The translations under genes and the position numbers were made by a program. The notes below the pieces were generated by a model. The model was not told the DNA's origin. It saw only the letters and a program-made list of their open reading frames with translations, and ran no database searches. Below are positions 24,104 to 38,429 of a stretch of 64,000 nucleotides of DNA, in pieces. Location: the NCBI GenBank assembly GCA_037379345.1, contig CM074511.1, forward strand, positions 42,290,862 through 42,354,861, given 5' to 3'. Each line of letters starts with the position of its first letter. Positions within the stretch are counted from its first letter, which is position 1. Source of the DNA: Perna viridis. Its lineage: Eukaryota.

Positions 24104-24695
24104 ACCCTATATCGCATACCCTATATCTCACCCCTAGACCTATATCGCAAACGCTATATCACGCCTCTAGACTTATATCGCATACCCTATATCTCACCCC
24201 TAGACCTATATCCCATACCCTGTATCACACCCCTAGACCTATATCCCATACCCTATATCACACCCCTAGACCTATATCGCATACCCTATATTACACCCCT
24301 AGACCTATATCGCAAACCCTATATCACACCTCTAGACCTATATCACATACCCTGTATCACACCCCTAGACCTATATCGCAAACCCTATATCACACCTCTA
24401 GACCTATATCGCATACCCTGTATCACACCCCTAGACCTATATCCCATACCCTATATCACACCCCTAGACCTATATCGCATACCCTATATCACACCCCTAG
24501 ACCTATATCCCATACCCTATATCACACCCCTAGACCTATATCCCATACCCTATATCACACCCCTAGACCTATATCCCATACCCTATATCACACCCCTAGA
24601 CCTATATCGCATACCCTATATTACACCCCTAGACCTATATCGCAAACCCTACATCACACCTCTAGACCTATATCGCATACCCTATATCGTACCCC
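24104..24695. repeat. 33-bp minisatellite, about 18 copies (CCCTATATCACACCCCTAGACCTATATCGCATA)
   Basis: Direct tandem repetition with an internal CCTATATC sub-repeat; explains the 226-aa ORF 24058-24738. Confidence 0.95.
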
Positions 24696-25050
24696 TTCAC
24701 ACAGCATACATGAAGTCTGGTTAAAATATATGATATAATGAACATGACATGTTAAAATCTGTATCGCATGCTGTATCAACCTTCCACCTATATCTCCCCG
24801 TGGGCCGGTGGCCTCCAACAAATCTACTGACTGTCTAAATAATCATAGACGGTCAGCTGGAAGCTTATGACTTATAAAAAAACTACTGCGCCTGCTTTCT
24901 TTTTCATGAATCTACTACCTGTTAAATAGTTACCTTGCAATTCGAATAAGATATCGCAACTTTGTTTTCAACGTTTATTCAAGCTTATAAAATGCTGTCG
25001 ACCACTAATCGTTAGACAAACTTATATGTCAGGAACTACAGCAGATTTCT

Positions 25051-25180
25051 CTGCCAGTACTGATTAGATAGCCAATGTATAATATCACTTGCAAATCTCG
25101 CATCAATCAGGACCAATATTATCTTCCCCATACCACTGATGATCTCAGATAATCAGCGTCACGAACCGGTCTTTTTAAGT
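25051..25180 (+). repeat. Dispersed repeat, inverted copy at 38299-38429
   Basis: About 130 bp aligns closely with the reverse complement of 38299-38429. Confidence 0.85.
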
Positions 25181-28100
25181 TGGTGCTATGCATATAAACT
25201 GTCTGTTACCAGGGTTATTTATACGAGAAGCCCAACCCCGGAGAATTGTTTAGCACACCAGTATGTATCAAATCACGTATCAATGTTCTGAAAACTGTAA
25301 ATTTTCAAACGATTTATCATTATAAGTTTTATCTTTTTTAATGAATTTGATTAACTAGTGTCCACTTAAACTTAAAACGCACTATGGCAAATCCGAATAA
25401 ATTTGCATTACTGCGTGTTTTGTGAAAAATGATAACATCTGTATTGACTAAAAACATGTGGCTGACAATTTTAATAGATATTTTGTAAATGTAGCTAGAA
25501 GTATTTGTAATAGTAGCTGTTCTGTACTCGGGCAAAATTGCAACATATGTTTTCAGAAATTACTTATTTATCGTTTAAGTCCCTTATCAATTCAAAGGGA
25601 CTCAAGTGGTCACATTTCATAAAAAAATAGTCAAGTCAAGACAAAGAAGCATCTTGCTTTGGTATTACTATTCCTACTAATGATGTCAATGTGTTACAAC
25701 AGCTAGTTATTACTTTTCAGGTAGAAGTCAATGTTTTCAACCACATTTCATTTTCGTATAAATTTTGATGTTTCTTTAGTTTTTCCGTATCATTTATTAT
25801 TTCATTAAATGTTTGCTTCGTTTCATTTTGCTACAAGTTTATGAGTATCGATATTTGTAGTACTGTAAACATCCAAAGTCCACGCGTTATTTTAGAAGTT
25901 TTCTTTCTTTTTCTGTTTTTCAGCTAAATGTGTTTTGCAAACCTAATATGCCTTAAATGTAACCATGTGTTTTTGTCTTGTGCTTATAAATGCGTTGCTT
26001 TGTTAACTCTGTCAACTATGTCTATGCATACAAAATAAGGCTGTGGAGCTTCGCTGTGTTTGAACACGTGTGTGAAGGTTTCCATTTTTCGCGATGCTCG
26101 TTCGTGATAACTATAACGAAAATAGCACACACGGTGCCATTATTCATGCTTCAGCTTAATAACAAATTTCATATCATTTCCATGTTGAAGCTAACGATGA
26201 ATTACACTAGAAAATCCGAAAAATATAACCAGTGAATGTCCGAACGCTTGCAAGTGGTAAAAGTCGCAGAATGATGAAGCTTGAAACAAAATATCAAATT
26301 ATTCCCTTTGAAGGGTTTCTAAGTTTTATCTCACGATGAAACAAAATTTTGAAGATCAAAAAATAAGAAAAAATACCCAAAAGACATCAGTTCAACTTCA
26401 TACAATGATGCAAGGCTAGGCTGGGTTAAAAAGAGAATACCAGACCAAATAATCAAGTGAACAGAGTCAATTACAAAAAACAATCACATATCGAATAACT
26501 TCCGGTTTGACGCATGTTACAACCTTGTAACGAAAAAAGTTGATCTTATCTTCTTCATATCAAATCAAATAATGAATTTTACCAAAAAGAGCATCAAATT
26601 GATATGAATTCAATTAAATTCCCATCTCGACAATAGAATACCATTAATTATCAACAAATCCAAAATTTAAACACGGTGCATTGAAATAGTAACCTTCCAT
26701 AACATTCATTTATTGGAAAATTGATACATCACAAAGATTCATAAGGATAACACAAAAGGAATGTTATTGCAGCTTATTATCTAGATTCCCCCCATTATCT
26801 TTTTGTCGTAAACGGTTTGTCAAAGCAAGTAAGATGAACCTAATAAGCACGCTAGATGTATAGATTGGAATGATAAATCTGAAAGAGACTGAGCAGTAGT
26901 GTCACTATCACATACACATCAATAGTTTCCCTGATTCTTCAAATTGAAATATTATGACATATGATAAATGTAATTTACGTTCCAGACAAGATAATTGAAT
27001 TTTTTTCTATGGAAATGCCAGTGGAGATATGAAAGATGAGTGTTTGATTAGAACAGGCATCAACAGAACAAAAAAGCTCTTGTTACCATCAAAATTAAAT
27101 TTATTTAAGGCATATAGGATTTACTTGTTGTTTATATATGTATATTCAATTTGTAAAAGTCCTATGTCCCTTGCTAAGATAAAACTAATTATGAACACAT
27201 TAGTTGTGATTGGAACTGTGAACTAAGGAAGCAATGATTCCAAGTACTAAAAGATGAATCCAGCAGCTAGTGCTGACCACAATACAATTCGTTATTGAAG
27301 CTGTTAATATCATTACAAGACGGGAATGTTGTACAGCTAAAAAATTAGACCCCCCACAAAAAAACCAATATAAAAACAAACTAAAAATGTGGTATAAATG
27401 TGCATGGTCTAATAGTTGCAACACATCGGTTCTTCCCTAAATAAAGTGAATCCCGAGAAATTTGGTGATCACTTTGTAGCATAAAATTTGACAAACCTCC
27501 ATGGGAACGATTTGAAATGTGGTGTGCAGATTGGCTGGTACCTTGTGATGGTTTGTCGGCTCCAATGTGCACCAAATTCCTGTTTGCTATCATGTTTTTA
27601 GATGCTTTTGAAAAAAAGGCCGAGAAGCGGCACTGCTTTTGCTTGTAATCCCATTGTTTCGAATGTCAGAATTATAAGGAAAATTAATGCCCATTTGTCA
27701 TTGATAACTCCTCGCTAAATTACATGCTATTTTGAAATTAGAAGCAATCTAACTACATTCCACATATCTGTAAACGAATACCAGCATCATCACATATAAT
27801 AAGGTGTCCACAAACCATTACATAAATTAAATACTGATACATGTACATGTAATTAAAGACTATTAATTCCTATTCTAAATTCTTTCGAGAACTTAAATTG
27901 AAGCGAAGAAAAGCAAAGAAAAGTAACTGAAATCTTCCTACTGTAAGTGCATAGGCACTTTAATGCTGGAATCAGTAAGAATCTGGCAAAATTGAAAAAT
28001 GATAAATAAGCTGAAAAAAACCACATAAATTTACAACGTGGACACACAGTTTGTGGTATATTGAAGACAAATTGACAGTTCGTTCGTCTTAGAAGTAACA

Positions 28101-31100
28101 GAAGATGTAGAAGTTACAATTGAATGATCGGGGAAACTGAGCTATCTCCCTTCGACGATGAAATTGCAGCGCAATTCATATATCACTGGCATTTAACAAA
28201 GAAATGAATGCCATTTTTGCAGACAACATTTTAAATAAGAAGTCATGGAGAGATTTGTGTGTTTTTCCGTCACTATGAATCATCTACTGCCTTATTCTTA
28301 TAGTGAGTAGTTACTATAAATAATACATTCTCACTGTTGATGTAATTGTATTATAAAAAATAATTGTAGTGAAAAAAAGAGGAAAAACAGAAAAAAAGAG
28401 AAGAAGTAATAAACATTAAAAGAAAAGAAATAGAACAAGCGATGTAACAGATGATGTTCAGAACATCAGAATTTCGTAACATTTTTAATTAGTTCAAAAG
28501 AATGGCATTCATTTGTATTTTATTGCAAAGTGAACACGAATAAAGATTTCGGTACCCATTACTTTGTCTAATTATTGGTATATTATTTAGCAAAAAATAA
28601 GTAATATTGCGGTATCAGAGAAACAATCCGGGTAAAAACCAATTATGTCAAGTATAACAAGTACGTGCAGGCCAGAGATAATTTCTGTATGAACAAGATA
28701 ACGGCCTCTGTACTCTGGTTTTAAATCTGTGATGTTATTCTTGTAAAGTGAACGTAGTGAAAGTACTAGTACATTTATTCTCTGGGTTTTAGGTAAAAAA
28801 AAATGAAAGAAAATCAACATATTAAAAATGTGTTTTCGTAACGAGCAAAAAAAAAAAATACTAAATTAAAAACATAGATAATGATAAATAACAAATAATA
28901 ATAATAATATATAAAAAATAATAATAAATCTTTTTTCTAATTTTCTTGCAAGGGCTTAGCGGCTCGCACAGAAACTACTTAACTAGGATAGGTTGACCAA
29001 AGAATGAAATCATTGCTTCGAAAGTTATACGATTGTAACCGTTGTGGAATTTATTCCCTATTAGTTCATGTCAATGATTATAATAAAAGTTACGTGTATG
29101 CCAAGTCAGAATGGGTCTTTTTTCGATGTTGTTAAAGTGTCGAAAGTGATGGTCAGAGTCTACTCTTCGTTCTATTTTTTAACTGAAAAATCTAGTTACT
29201 ACTTTTCTTATACGATACTGGGAAAAAAAATCCACTAGTAAACCCTATTACTTTTTAGCATTTGGTTAAAAAAACACATAACTATTCACATGATTTAACA
29301 AGAGAGAAGTTTTATTTCTATTAAAATATTACATTTTGCAAATTGTACCGTTCGAAAAAACTGTAGAAACGAATTTCACACGCACACACCTCTTCGTTGA
29401 TAGGGATACCACACAAAACAAATGAGAAAGAAACAAGATAATTGTCTTGTTTAAGCCTACGCCAACCAAGCCTTCTTCGTCAATTATAGAAGTAAGTTGT
29501 CAGAATAAAGAATAGGTTATTCTTTCATCCTTTGTGGCTTGTTGTACAAAGACGAAAGAAGGGTATTTTTCTAGATTTATATTCATGTAGTTTCATTGAT
29601 TGTCTTGTAACATCTAAAGGACTTGAGACAGCTTACAAAGACAACCACAACAAAAGGTGACAGAGACACAAAGCCATTATACATAGATCTTAATAGAAAT
29701 CGCAAGATCGTTTCATCTTATGATTAAAACATCTTTGATGTCTTGTAATGCTTTCAAATCTTCGTTCAGTTGTGTTGCTGTTTTAGGTATTTTAAGAATA
29801 AAGTACATGTTTTAATGTTTTTTCTTGTGTTAAATGCATTTTAAGAGTTATTTTTAAGTACACCAATTAAGCTGATATATTTGAATGAAAATGAGATTTT
29901 CACAAAAAAGTGAAAGACTCTTTGAATATTAGATCTAATATTATTTTTAATCTAAACTTAATATGCGTTTTAGTTGCGTTAATTATAAGACGACAAATTA
30001 ACAGGCGCCTATCTTCACTTCGTGTATTAATGGTCTATTATTCCTTCCTTCCTTTCTTTGTAATTTTATTTTATATAACATGCTTTCTAGGTTTATTTTA
30101 AATACAAACTTAACTCGCTTAATACACGCATACAGCAAAAAGAGATTTTCGCGAAACATAGGTCACCAAAACAGCAGAATTGAGGGCAAACTTCGGCATC
30201 CTTAGATTTACACATGGAAAATTGTCAGGAATTAACGCCAACAAACAATAAAATGTACAATAAGTCAAGGGAAATACATAACACTAATTGTTCTCTAAGT
30301 GGCTTGTTTAGTATATATTTAACATACACCCTACTTGAAGTAAGAAAAAAGTGAAATGTTTCTTATTCTTTTTCTTTTTTTTTTTTTGAAATCTTGCACA
30401 TTTTAGTTTTTGCTTCATGATCTGGGAATATAGTACGTGTTTAGGCAAGATTAACATTAGTTGTAATTATCTGTGACGAAACATATCAATTTTGTGGGTA
30501 AATCTCTATTAAGTTCCTATATAATTGTCAGGGAGACCAAATTCACAGATTTAATGATAAGAAATTCACTGGTCAAAATTATTTCCATGAATTTTGTAAT
30601 TGCGTCCAAAATAAAATTCAGATTTGGAATGCATTACATTAATTAGTCGGCTAATATCTCTAAAAAACAGGAAAGAGATCACAGATAAGACAGAATTTAG
30701 CTACATTTTATGCCCTAGAATCGGATGTCGAAAGCTTCAAGAAAATCCGAGAAAATTAGTTCTCTACGACATAAGATACAAAATGGAATTACAGATTAGT
30801 CTTAAAATCGTAAATTTGTCGTTGAACGTAGATTACAGTATTATAATGTCATGGCACATCGTTTTTCGTAAATTAATTTCAGAGTTTTATTGTTGGAGAT
30901 TAGAGGTTGGACCCCAGATAATGTTAGACATGTCTATCAGAAGACGTTATTATTAGGTAAAGTAGTGCTGCCAACATAGCCAAAAGAAGGTATTTTTTTA
31001 TTGCTGAATACGATAAGATATTTGGTTAAAAATTAAGCAAACCTGCAGTGACGTTATAAATCGTAACCATAAAAAAACAAAAAACAAAACAAAACAAAAA

Positions 31101-32169
31101 AAAAACCAAAAAAAAAAAAAACCAAACAAACAAACAAACAAAAAACAAAATTTAAAGATGTTTAAAGGTATACAAGTTAGTACGTACAACTTGTAAATAT
31201 TGAGGATAATTTTCATCAGAATACTCTCTTGCTAGTCATGTTTTATTTCATCTTGTATTTCTATTCAAGTTTTACATCTCTGAATTTGAATTTTTTTTCT
31301 AGTTTTACAACCTGTGAATTTCGGTTCAGATTTTAAATATTTTGTTGTTGCATTATATCATAAAGTATTTTATGTGAAAATAATGTGCAATTTCGCAAGT
31401 TAATTTCATAAATTCATGATCTTCTGATTTTTTTCGTTCTTCGACTTTCCAAAGAAATGTTATTTTGACAATAAAACATCTCACCACAGGAATATATTCA
31501 CTCTTTAAGTAAACACCATAGACTAACTCAACTGTCTTCTCAAGTTGTATTTGAGCTCTCAAATACATTTTCTTCGAGAAAACCGCAAAGCTATCCCATC
31601 GTTCACACATGATACATATAATATAGGTATCTGAACCAACGAGTCATTTCGATAAAAACAAGACTATAATAAATTGCCGATGTAAGTCATTTACTTTGTC
31701 AATATTATCTATAGGAATTAAGTAGCCATTTCTTACATAAACATTCCACTGGAAGAGATGATTTATCTGAAGTTTCAGTGATTTGTCAAATACAGGCTCT
31801 TAATGCTATCAATAGACTTATTTCTCATCACGATTTATTCGACAGATTTCATTTGATTTTCGTCCCGTTATAGACAAATCAAAAAGAATTGTCTGCGAAA
31901 AACAGATTCCTAACGGTAACTATTGACTTATTTCAGGGGATTAATGTTTCAAAACTTTATAAATTTGTCTATTTAGTTACAGATGCTATAAGATTTGTTT
32001 GGATTTACTAATATTTCTTCTGTTGATGTGTAACCATATGATTTGAATTCAGTTCGCTTTTATGCTTTAATAAGTTATGTTTGTACAACTATATCAGGAA
32101 AGATATCTGTCACCATTAAATGAATCACCAAGAATGTTCAAGGAATTCGTAGTATTACCCATCTACTTG

Positions 32170-32570
32170 TACATCAATTTGTATTCATGTTCGAGTTTTT
32201 TTTTATTATCTTGTATTTCTGTCTAGTATAAACATCATCTTGTATTTATGTGTTTGATTTTACAGCATTTTGTATCTCTTTCCTGTTTTTTTTAAATCAT
32301 TTTGTATTTTTGTCTTGGCTTTTCACCATTTTGTATTTCTGTCCCTGTTTTTACTTCATTTCGTATTTTGTTTTTGCTTTTCATCATTTTATATTTCTGT
32401 CCCGGATTTTACATCATTTTGTGTTTTTGCCTTGGCTTTGCACCATTTTGGTTTTCTGTCATGGTTTTACATCATTTGATATTTCTGTCCCGGATTTTTT
32501 TACATTATTTTGTATTTTTCCTTTGCTTTACATCATTTTGTTTTCTGTCCGGGTTTTATATCACTTTATA
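32170..32570. repeat. Degenerate tandem repeat of about 30-32 bp (TTTTACATCATTTTGTATTTCTGTCCCGG)
   Basis: About 12 diverged units; explains three overlapping Phe-rich ORFs at 32250-32639. Confidence 0.85.
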
Positions 32571-35500
32571 ATCTACTTTAAAGTTTTGGATAATAATACA
32601 ATAATAATAATCCGTGGTTACATTTTACTTATGAATTGAAAAAAAGAAAAAAAATATCAGAAAATAGACATTTGAACCCTGTCAATGTATTCGTAGTGGA
32701 AAGTTGTACAAGTCAACGAAATAATAATCGTACTACCTTTCACATATCTCCATAAAACAATCAAGAAACAAATATCACAATCAAAATAAAAAAAAAACCC
32801 TGACATTAACTTTATTAAAACAGGATAGTCGTGCACTCAACAGATGTTTGATGTTTCAATTCAAGCATTGAAGATGTTGATTTAGACCTTTTCTTCCCAA
32901 AGTTATAGAATATCGATATTTTGTCTACTCGAAAATATAGAATAAGAAAACTACAAAGTTATTTTTTTCTGAAATAAACCATGATTCTTTAAACAACGGA
33001 GAAATAATTCGGTACAAAAGACAGTGAAAATCCTTTAATCACATCAATTCTTTTTGTAATAAAAATCATGATATGTCTACAAAGTGTCATTTAATGTTAT
33101 ATTAGTTCAGTCAAAAATCGAACTACAAATAAAATTGTGACCTGATTTGTATCATAGGAAGCAACATATAAAACTGAATCAAAATCCGTTTAGTCAATTT
33201 CAGTATCCTTCTAAAAAAAACCAGTTTATAACAAGAATTATCTCCCTTGATCAGTAGAAATCACAATGCTGAGGTTTGCCATTGTTCAATTTAAAAAAAT
33301 GTGGACATTTAATCAGGATATATTCCAGCAATATAAGATTCAATTTTCCTTCTTTTTATTGAAATTGTTTTTACTGAGTTAATAGTTTCATGTCTCCCTG
33401 ATAGTTTGAAAAGTATACAAGAACAATACAATGCATGTTTATTTCTAGTATGATCGAACATAATAGTTTATCACGTGGTAACAAACATTTTACGAGTGAT
33501 ATCAAAATGTACATTGCTTACCCCAAAATTATTCCTTTCATTCAAGAAAGTACATAGGAAACACATTTTACCAGATGATATTCAGACTTATGTTTTTCGT
33601 GAGTTTTATCTTCAGTCCAAATACAATTGTGTTTTAGATGTGTCTCAAATTGGTTCTAAACACACATGTTGCATTTTTTTGTGTTTGAACTTCATTCACG
33701 GCTTTAGAAATCGTATATTTACATAAGCTTTTATTATACTATACAAATTGATATGTCCAAACCAGTTTTAATCATATTATTCAATATGTTTTAACCAGAC
33801 TTTGTTTTTAATCGAAGAAAACTGAATTCAAAACATAGTTTACGATATTTAAGATATTTAAAATTGAACATAAAAATTAAGGCTTCATAGACCGACAAAA
33901 AAATATGGTGAAACGCAACAAATGCACCAGCTTATAACCTAAATTCAAAATAGTAAATACTTTCAGGGATCACCAAAAAGGTCCTGAACACACCTTAAAG
34001 TAAAATCAGAAAGATCCTGACATTAAAATTAATATAATCCACGGTAACAGACAATATTTCAAAAATAAACTAAAACTGAATGTAATTTAATGTAATGTAC
34101 TATATATTCTCCATGCTCCCAGTTTTAGTGGAGTGCGGGTTGTTCATTTACATTTGTTTTTTTTTTTTAACGTGCTGTTTTTGGTTACTTCATATTCATT
34201 GTTGTGTGTGTTTTCCCTGTCTCGCCTTTGTTTTGATTACCGCTCGAATCTTGATTCTCTTTATTACTCCTTTAATGACTGAAACAAGAGGCTGAAAACT
34301 GATTTTGACATGTTTTTGATATCTCTCAATTGTAAGTAACTATTATATGAACTAAGACTTGTTTTTGGCAAGTTGCTAGAAGCTTACTAATAGTATTTAA
34401 TAACTTTTGTAAGAACTGACGCTGGTTTTGACGTGTTTTAGAAGCTTACTAGTAACAGTAACATTTATATAAACTAAACCACTTAATGGGAGCTGGTATA
34501 TTGTTGAACATGGAAAGGTCATCAACTGGTATAGCTATTGATCTTCATACAAGTCAATTGTCTCTTCATAATGGGACATTTATATGAATGCAATTCGGCT
34601 TTATAAAACAGTCAACTCCAATACAATTTATATACATCAATTGATTTATTGAAAATGAGTTGTAAATGGACAACTTACTGTGATGTTGTTTATTTTCGTA
34701 GAATGTAAATTTAATAAATTTCATTATTGACATAAGCATGTAACATCAAATTCAGTTCCTTTTTACACCATGATGGCTAATTGTGTAGCCATGAGTAAGA
34801 ATACATTAATGGAAAAATAAACGTTCTTGATGTGAAAGTCGGGAGAGTTTAGTGCATCTCATGAAGTAACATTATAAAAATGGTAATTTATTGTTCAATA
34901 TACACATCTAATCATATTTATACAAGTAAATTGCATTTAAACAATTAATGTAAAGCAGAAATCATTTAAGTAAACTGTATATCAATTCCCATTACATTTA
35001 TTTTTCTTGTTTCGTACTTAAGCACATTATTATTCTAAGTAAGTTTCATGTCAGGCTTGTTAATATTTGAAATTTTTGTTGCGAGATTCTAATTGATTTA
35101 AGAATTGACAGAGAGACACAGATTAAATTGATAACATATTAATCTAGAAAACGTATTCTAGAATAAACCGTATAGACATGACTCCAGTGTTCGTATAGTT
35201 GATGACCTGTCAACCTAGCGAGGTCACTTTAATCAGAATGACCGGAAACAGATTTTCCGGCCCAAGAATATGCACGCCAACAGCTCTAATTATATTATCA
35301 TGGCATGAACATCTTTTGTCGTCCGTCAATTAATTGTGTCCGGAGACGCAAATTGGAAATTGTCAGAAATCCAACAGATTTAGTGCTGTGTAAAGTAATC
35401 GTTATAATGCATTTATTCACAGGTATAGCGGAGACATTGGTTTATCAAAGATCCAAATTAAGGACTTAATAGTATCTCGCTGAGGTCCTTTTATGGTTAG

Positions 35501-38298
35501 ATGGTAAACGTCATATTAATATTCCACCCAAATGAATCTTGACTGTGGTAATAGCCAGATGCTACCCTGTATTTATAACTGAATGGTCTCATTTAATGTT
35601 AGTTAGAGAAAGAACTGTGACTGCGGAAACTTTCTCTATTAATCTCTCGAGGATTTCTTTTGCACTAATAAATATGCTTTTACACCATTAATGAATTTTA
35701 TGCCAGATTGATAGCTATATTAAACTCATTATAACTCCTGCTCAGAATAGTGCAACTCCTTAAGAAAAAAATAAGGTACCCACACATTAAAGACATGCGA
35801 CCTTGAAGGTACAACATACAAAATAAAGGTCAATGTATTATGAAGACTTTTAAAAACAAAATCACGATTATGTAATATTGTAAATTTATTGCGGTGTTTT
35901 TTTATTATTGCGACAAATGCAACTGATTATTGAGGATATCATTGTAGAACATTTTAATTTAACTAATGGATTGTTTGCAAGTTTTTCAAAATCGCAAAAA
36001 CTAAAACCGCATTATTGACCGAAATTACAAAATCGCAATAATTAGTGTATACACTGTATTTCTGTATAGTACTTAGAACGTTGTACAACCAAAATAAAAG
36101 TTATTAAAAAAAGAAAGGACGAAAATTTAGAATGAGAAGGCAATTGACAACAAAAGACACATTGAAGTAAGAAATGGTGTCTAGGTGCAAAACGTACACA
36201 TGCCAATGCCATATGAAGATATCTAGATTTGAGCCATGTTGATGATAATGAACAAAGCTGATAAGTGACAGTTATCACTTTAACTAAGAGCATAACATCG
36301 CTTTAGGCAAGGAAGGGGATTTGGACGGAGGTTTTTGAAGATGTAATGACTCATTGAAAAACCATTGAAATAGCCAAAACCAAATAATGACCATCGCTAA
36401 TGATACCCTACGATATATTTTCTTTTTGCTGTCAAAAGAAACAGACTTCATTATGATTTAATGGCCTCCAGTCCCTTGATGATTCTTGCACTTCTTTTTA
36501 CTTGAAACGCACTACCATTTTTGCCAGATGTGACCAGTGTTTTATAGTAACTAGACAATTTGTTTTTCTTGTGTTAAAAGAGATTGACGATAGTTATTAA
36601 GTTTTTTTTAATTAGAAACTGTTGAGTGTAAACGTCAACGTAGTCTCAGTGTGAAGATTACTACCGCATTGCATTGTTTTACAAAATACCTCTCACAGCA
36701 GGGAAACCCTATGTTGTCGACCATACTGACTACTGTTTTTTTCACTTTATCGTTTAATACATTCTCTTTGTGATTTGTAACGTGATGTTTTTTTCGCAGT
36801 ATGAATCCTTTTTAATGTTATATAAAAACGATAATCATATTATAAAAATCCATCCGTCCGTTCACCAAATTATTTTCAGAATTTTTTGTGAAAATAAACT
36901 TTCATTATCTTTTTTTTTGACCTGTTTGGAGAAGTCATTATGGGAGATTGAGATTTTAACACAACGAAGAAAAGATTATCTCGCATTGTCTTAATATATT
37001 AAAAAAACCAAAGGAACAATACACCACGAACCACACACCATAAATTGAAATTAAAAATCCAACTTAAATTCAAATTATTATGGGTGCCAAGAAAGATAAC
37101 AATTAAGAATTGGCAATAATAAAAAAATGTGTCTATTGAAAAATAACATAAATTTTCCATGTGCATATTGTTTATTGCGCGAATTTTTTTTTATCATAGC
37201 CAATTCTTATAAATTAAATTTAAAATAAACTTTTAATTTTAAACATGAGAAAAGTAGCTCTGAATTTAACTGAATAGGGGCTTGTCAATATTTTTTTATT
37301 CATTTAGATATAACAAAATTGTTTTAACCAATCAGATTACAGTATTTATCTCAAATTAATTTATAAGGAAATGGCTAAAACAAAAAAGAGAAATCTTTGA
37401 TTATCTCTACGGTGCAACAGCATTTAAAATCTTCAGAGGTAGCAAAACTATTGTTTGTGATCACCACAGTTGTGCCTAAAGACAAGACTTGAAACTTCAT
37501 CGCTTTTGTTCTTAGAAAATATTACATTGGGTGTCATTTAAATTATCAGAGTGAGGCATGTATATAGATAGCATATATCTAATAAAACACGCGATAGTAA
37601 AAATCTTAAGCTATTCTCATTTCCGTATTCCCTCAGGAAAGGATCGTGTTTCTACCTCGCAAATGACTCTTATAATCCGCATGTATCCATACAAATACCA
37701 TTTTATAGCTTCAAATGTAACAAAATTTAAAAGAAAAAAAAGGAATTTAGCCAGGTCTATTGATAGAACTTTTCGTATGCCGTTATCACAATTTCCATGA
37801 TAAATCCATAGTCAAAGCAGATGATTCGTGTGCATCTGTGCAAAAATCCGAATTTACTCCAAGGTTTACCATTATGCTTTTATTTGTTTTGTCTTACAAA
37901 TTTGTAAAATTGAATAAAACAGAGCTCAAATAATTTTTCAATAACTTCAACTTGTTACTTAATATGTATTACTTTAGTTACTTTATGTTCTTTGTTGTGT
38001 TTTGGCTGTTTTTCATACCTGGTCTTCGTCCCTGGATTACATTCTTTTAATTTCCTCTAGAATTTTGGTTCCCTTGATTACTCTTTCAATTCATTTTATA
38101 GCACTTTCTATTTTAAATGTGATGTTAGTTAAATACGTTCCGATGTTCTACGCTCTAATATTTTTGTTTACAACCGTTCTTTACATTTTCTTGATGTTGC
38201 CTGACTTATCTTATATTCATTAAACAGTACATTAGAACCCCTAGAAAAGGAATGATATAAATTATTCCTGAAACAGACAATTTATACGCACCCAGCCC

Positions 38299-38429
38299 AC
38301 TTAAAAAAGACCGGTTCGTGACGCTGATTATCCGAGATCATTAGTGGTATAAGGAAGACAATACTGGTCCTGATTGATCTGAGATTCACAAGTGATATTA
38401 TACATTGGCTATCTAATCAGCACTGGCAG
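38299..38429 (-). repeat. Dispersed repeat, inverted copy of 25051-25180
   Basis: Direct sequence comparison. Confidence 0.85.

Noticed and set aside
24104-24695. CRISPR-like array
   Set aside because: Head-to-tail repeats with no unique spacers, in a eukaryotic context
25136-25166. CTGATGA...CGAAC hammerhead-like core (CTGATGA at about 8451, 13543, 44459 and 58379 also checked)
   Set aside because: No GAAA with proper stems I-III; the paralogous copy at 38.3 kb has CTAATGA
27200-27700. Coding-looking minus-strand stretch
   Set aside because: Stops in every frame and no family I can recognise; needs BLASTX
32250-32639. Phe-rich ORFs resembling membrane proteins
   Set aside because: Translations of a T-rich tandem repeat, open in all three frames
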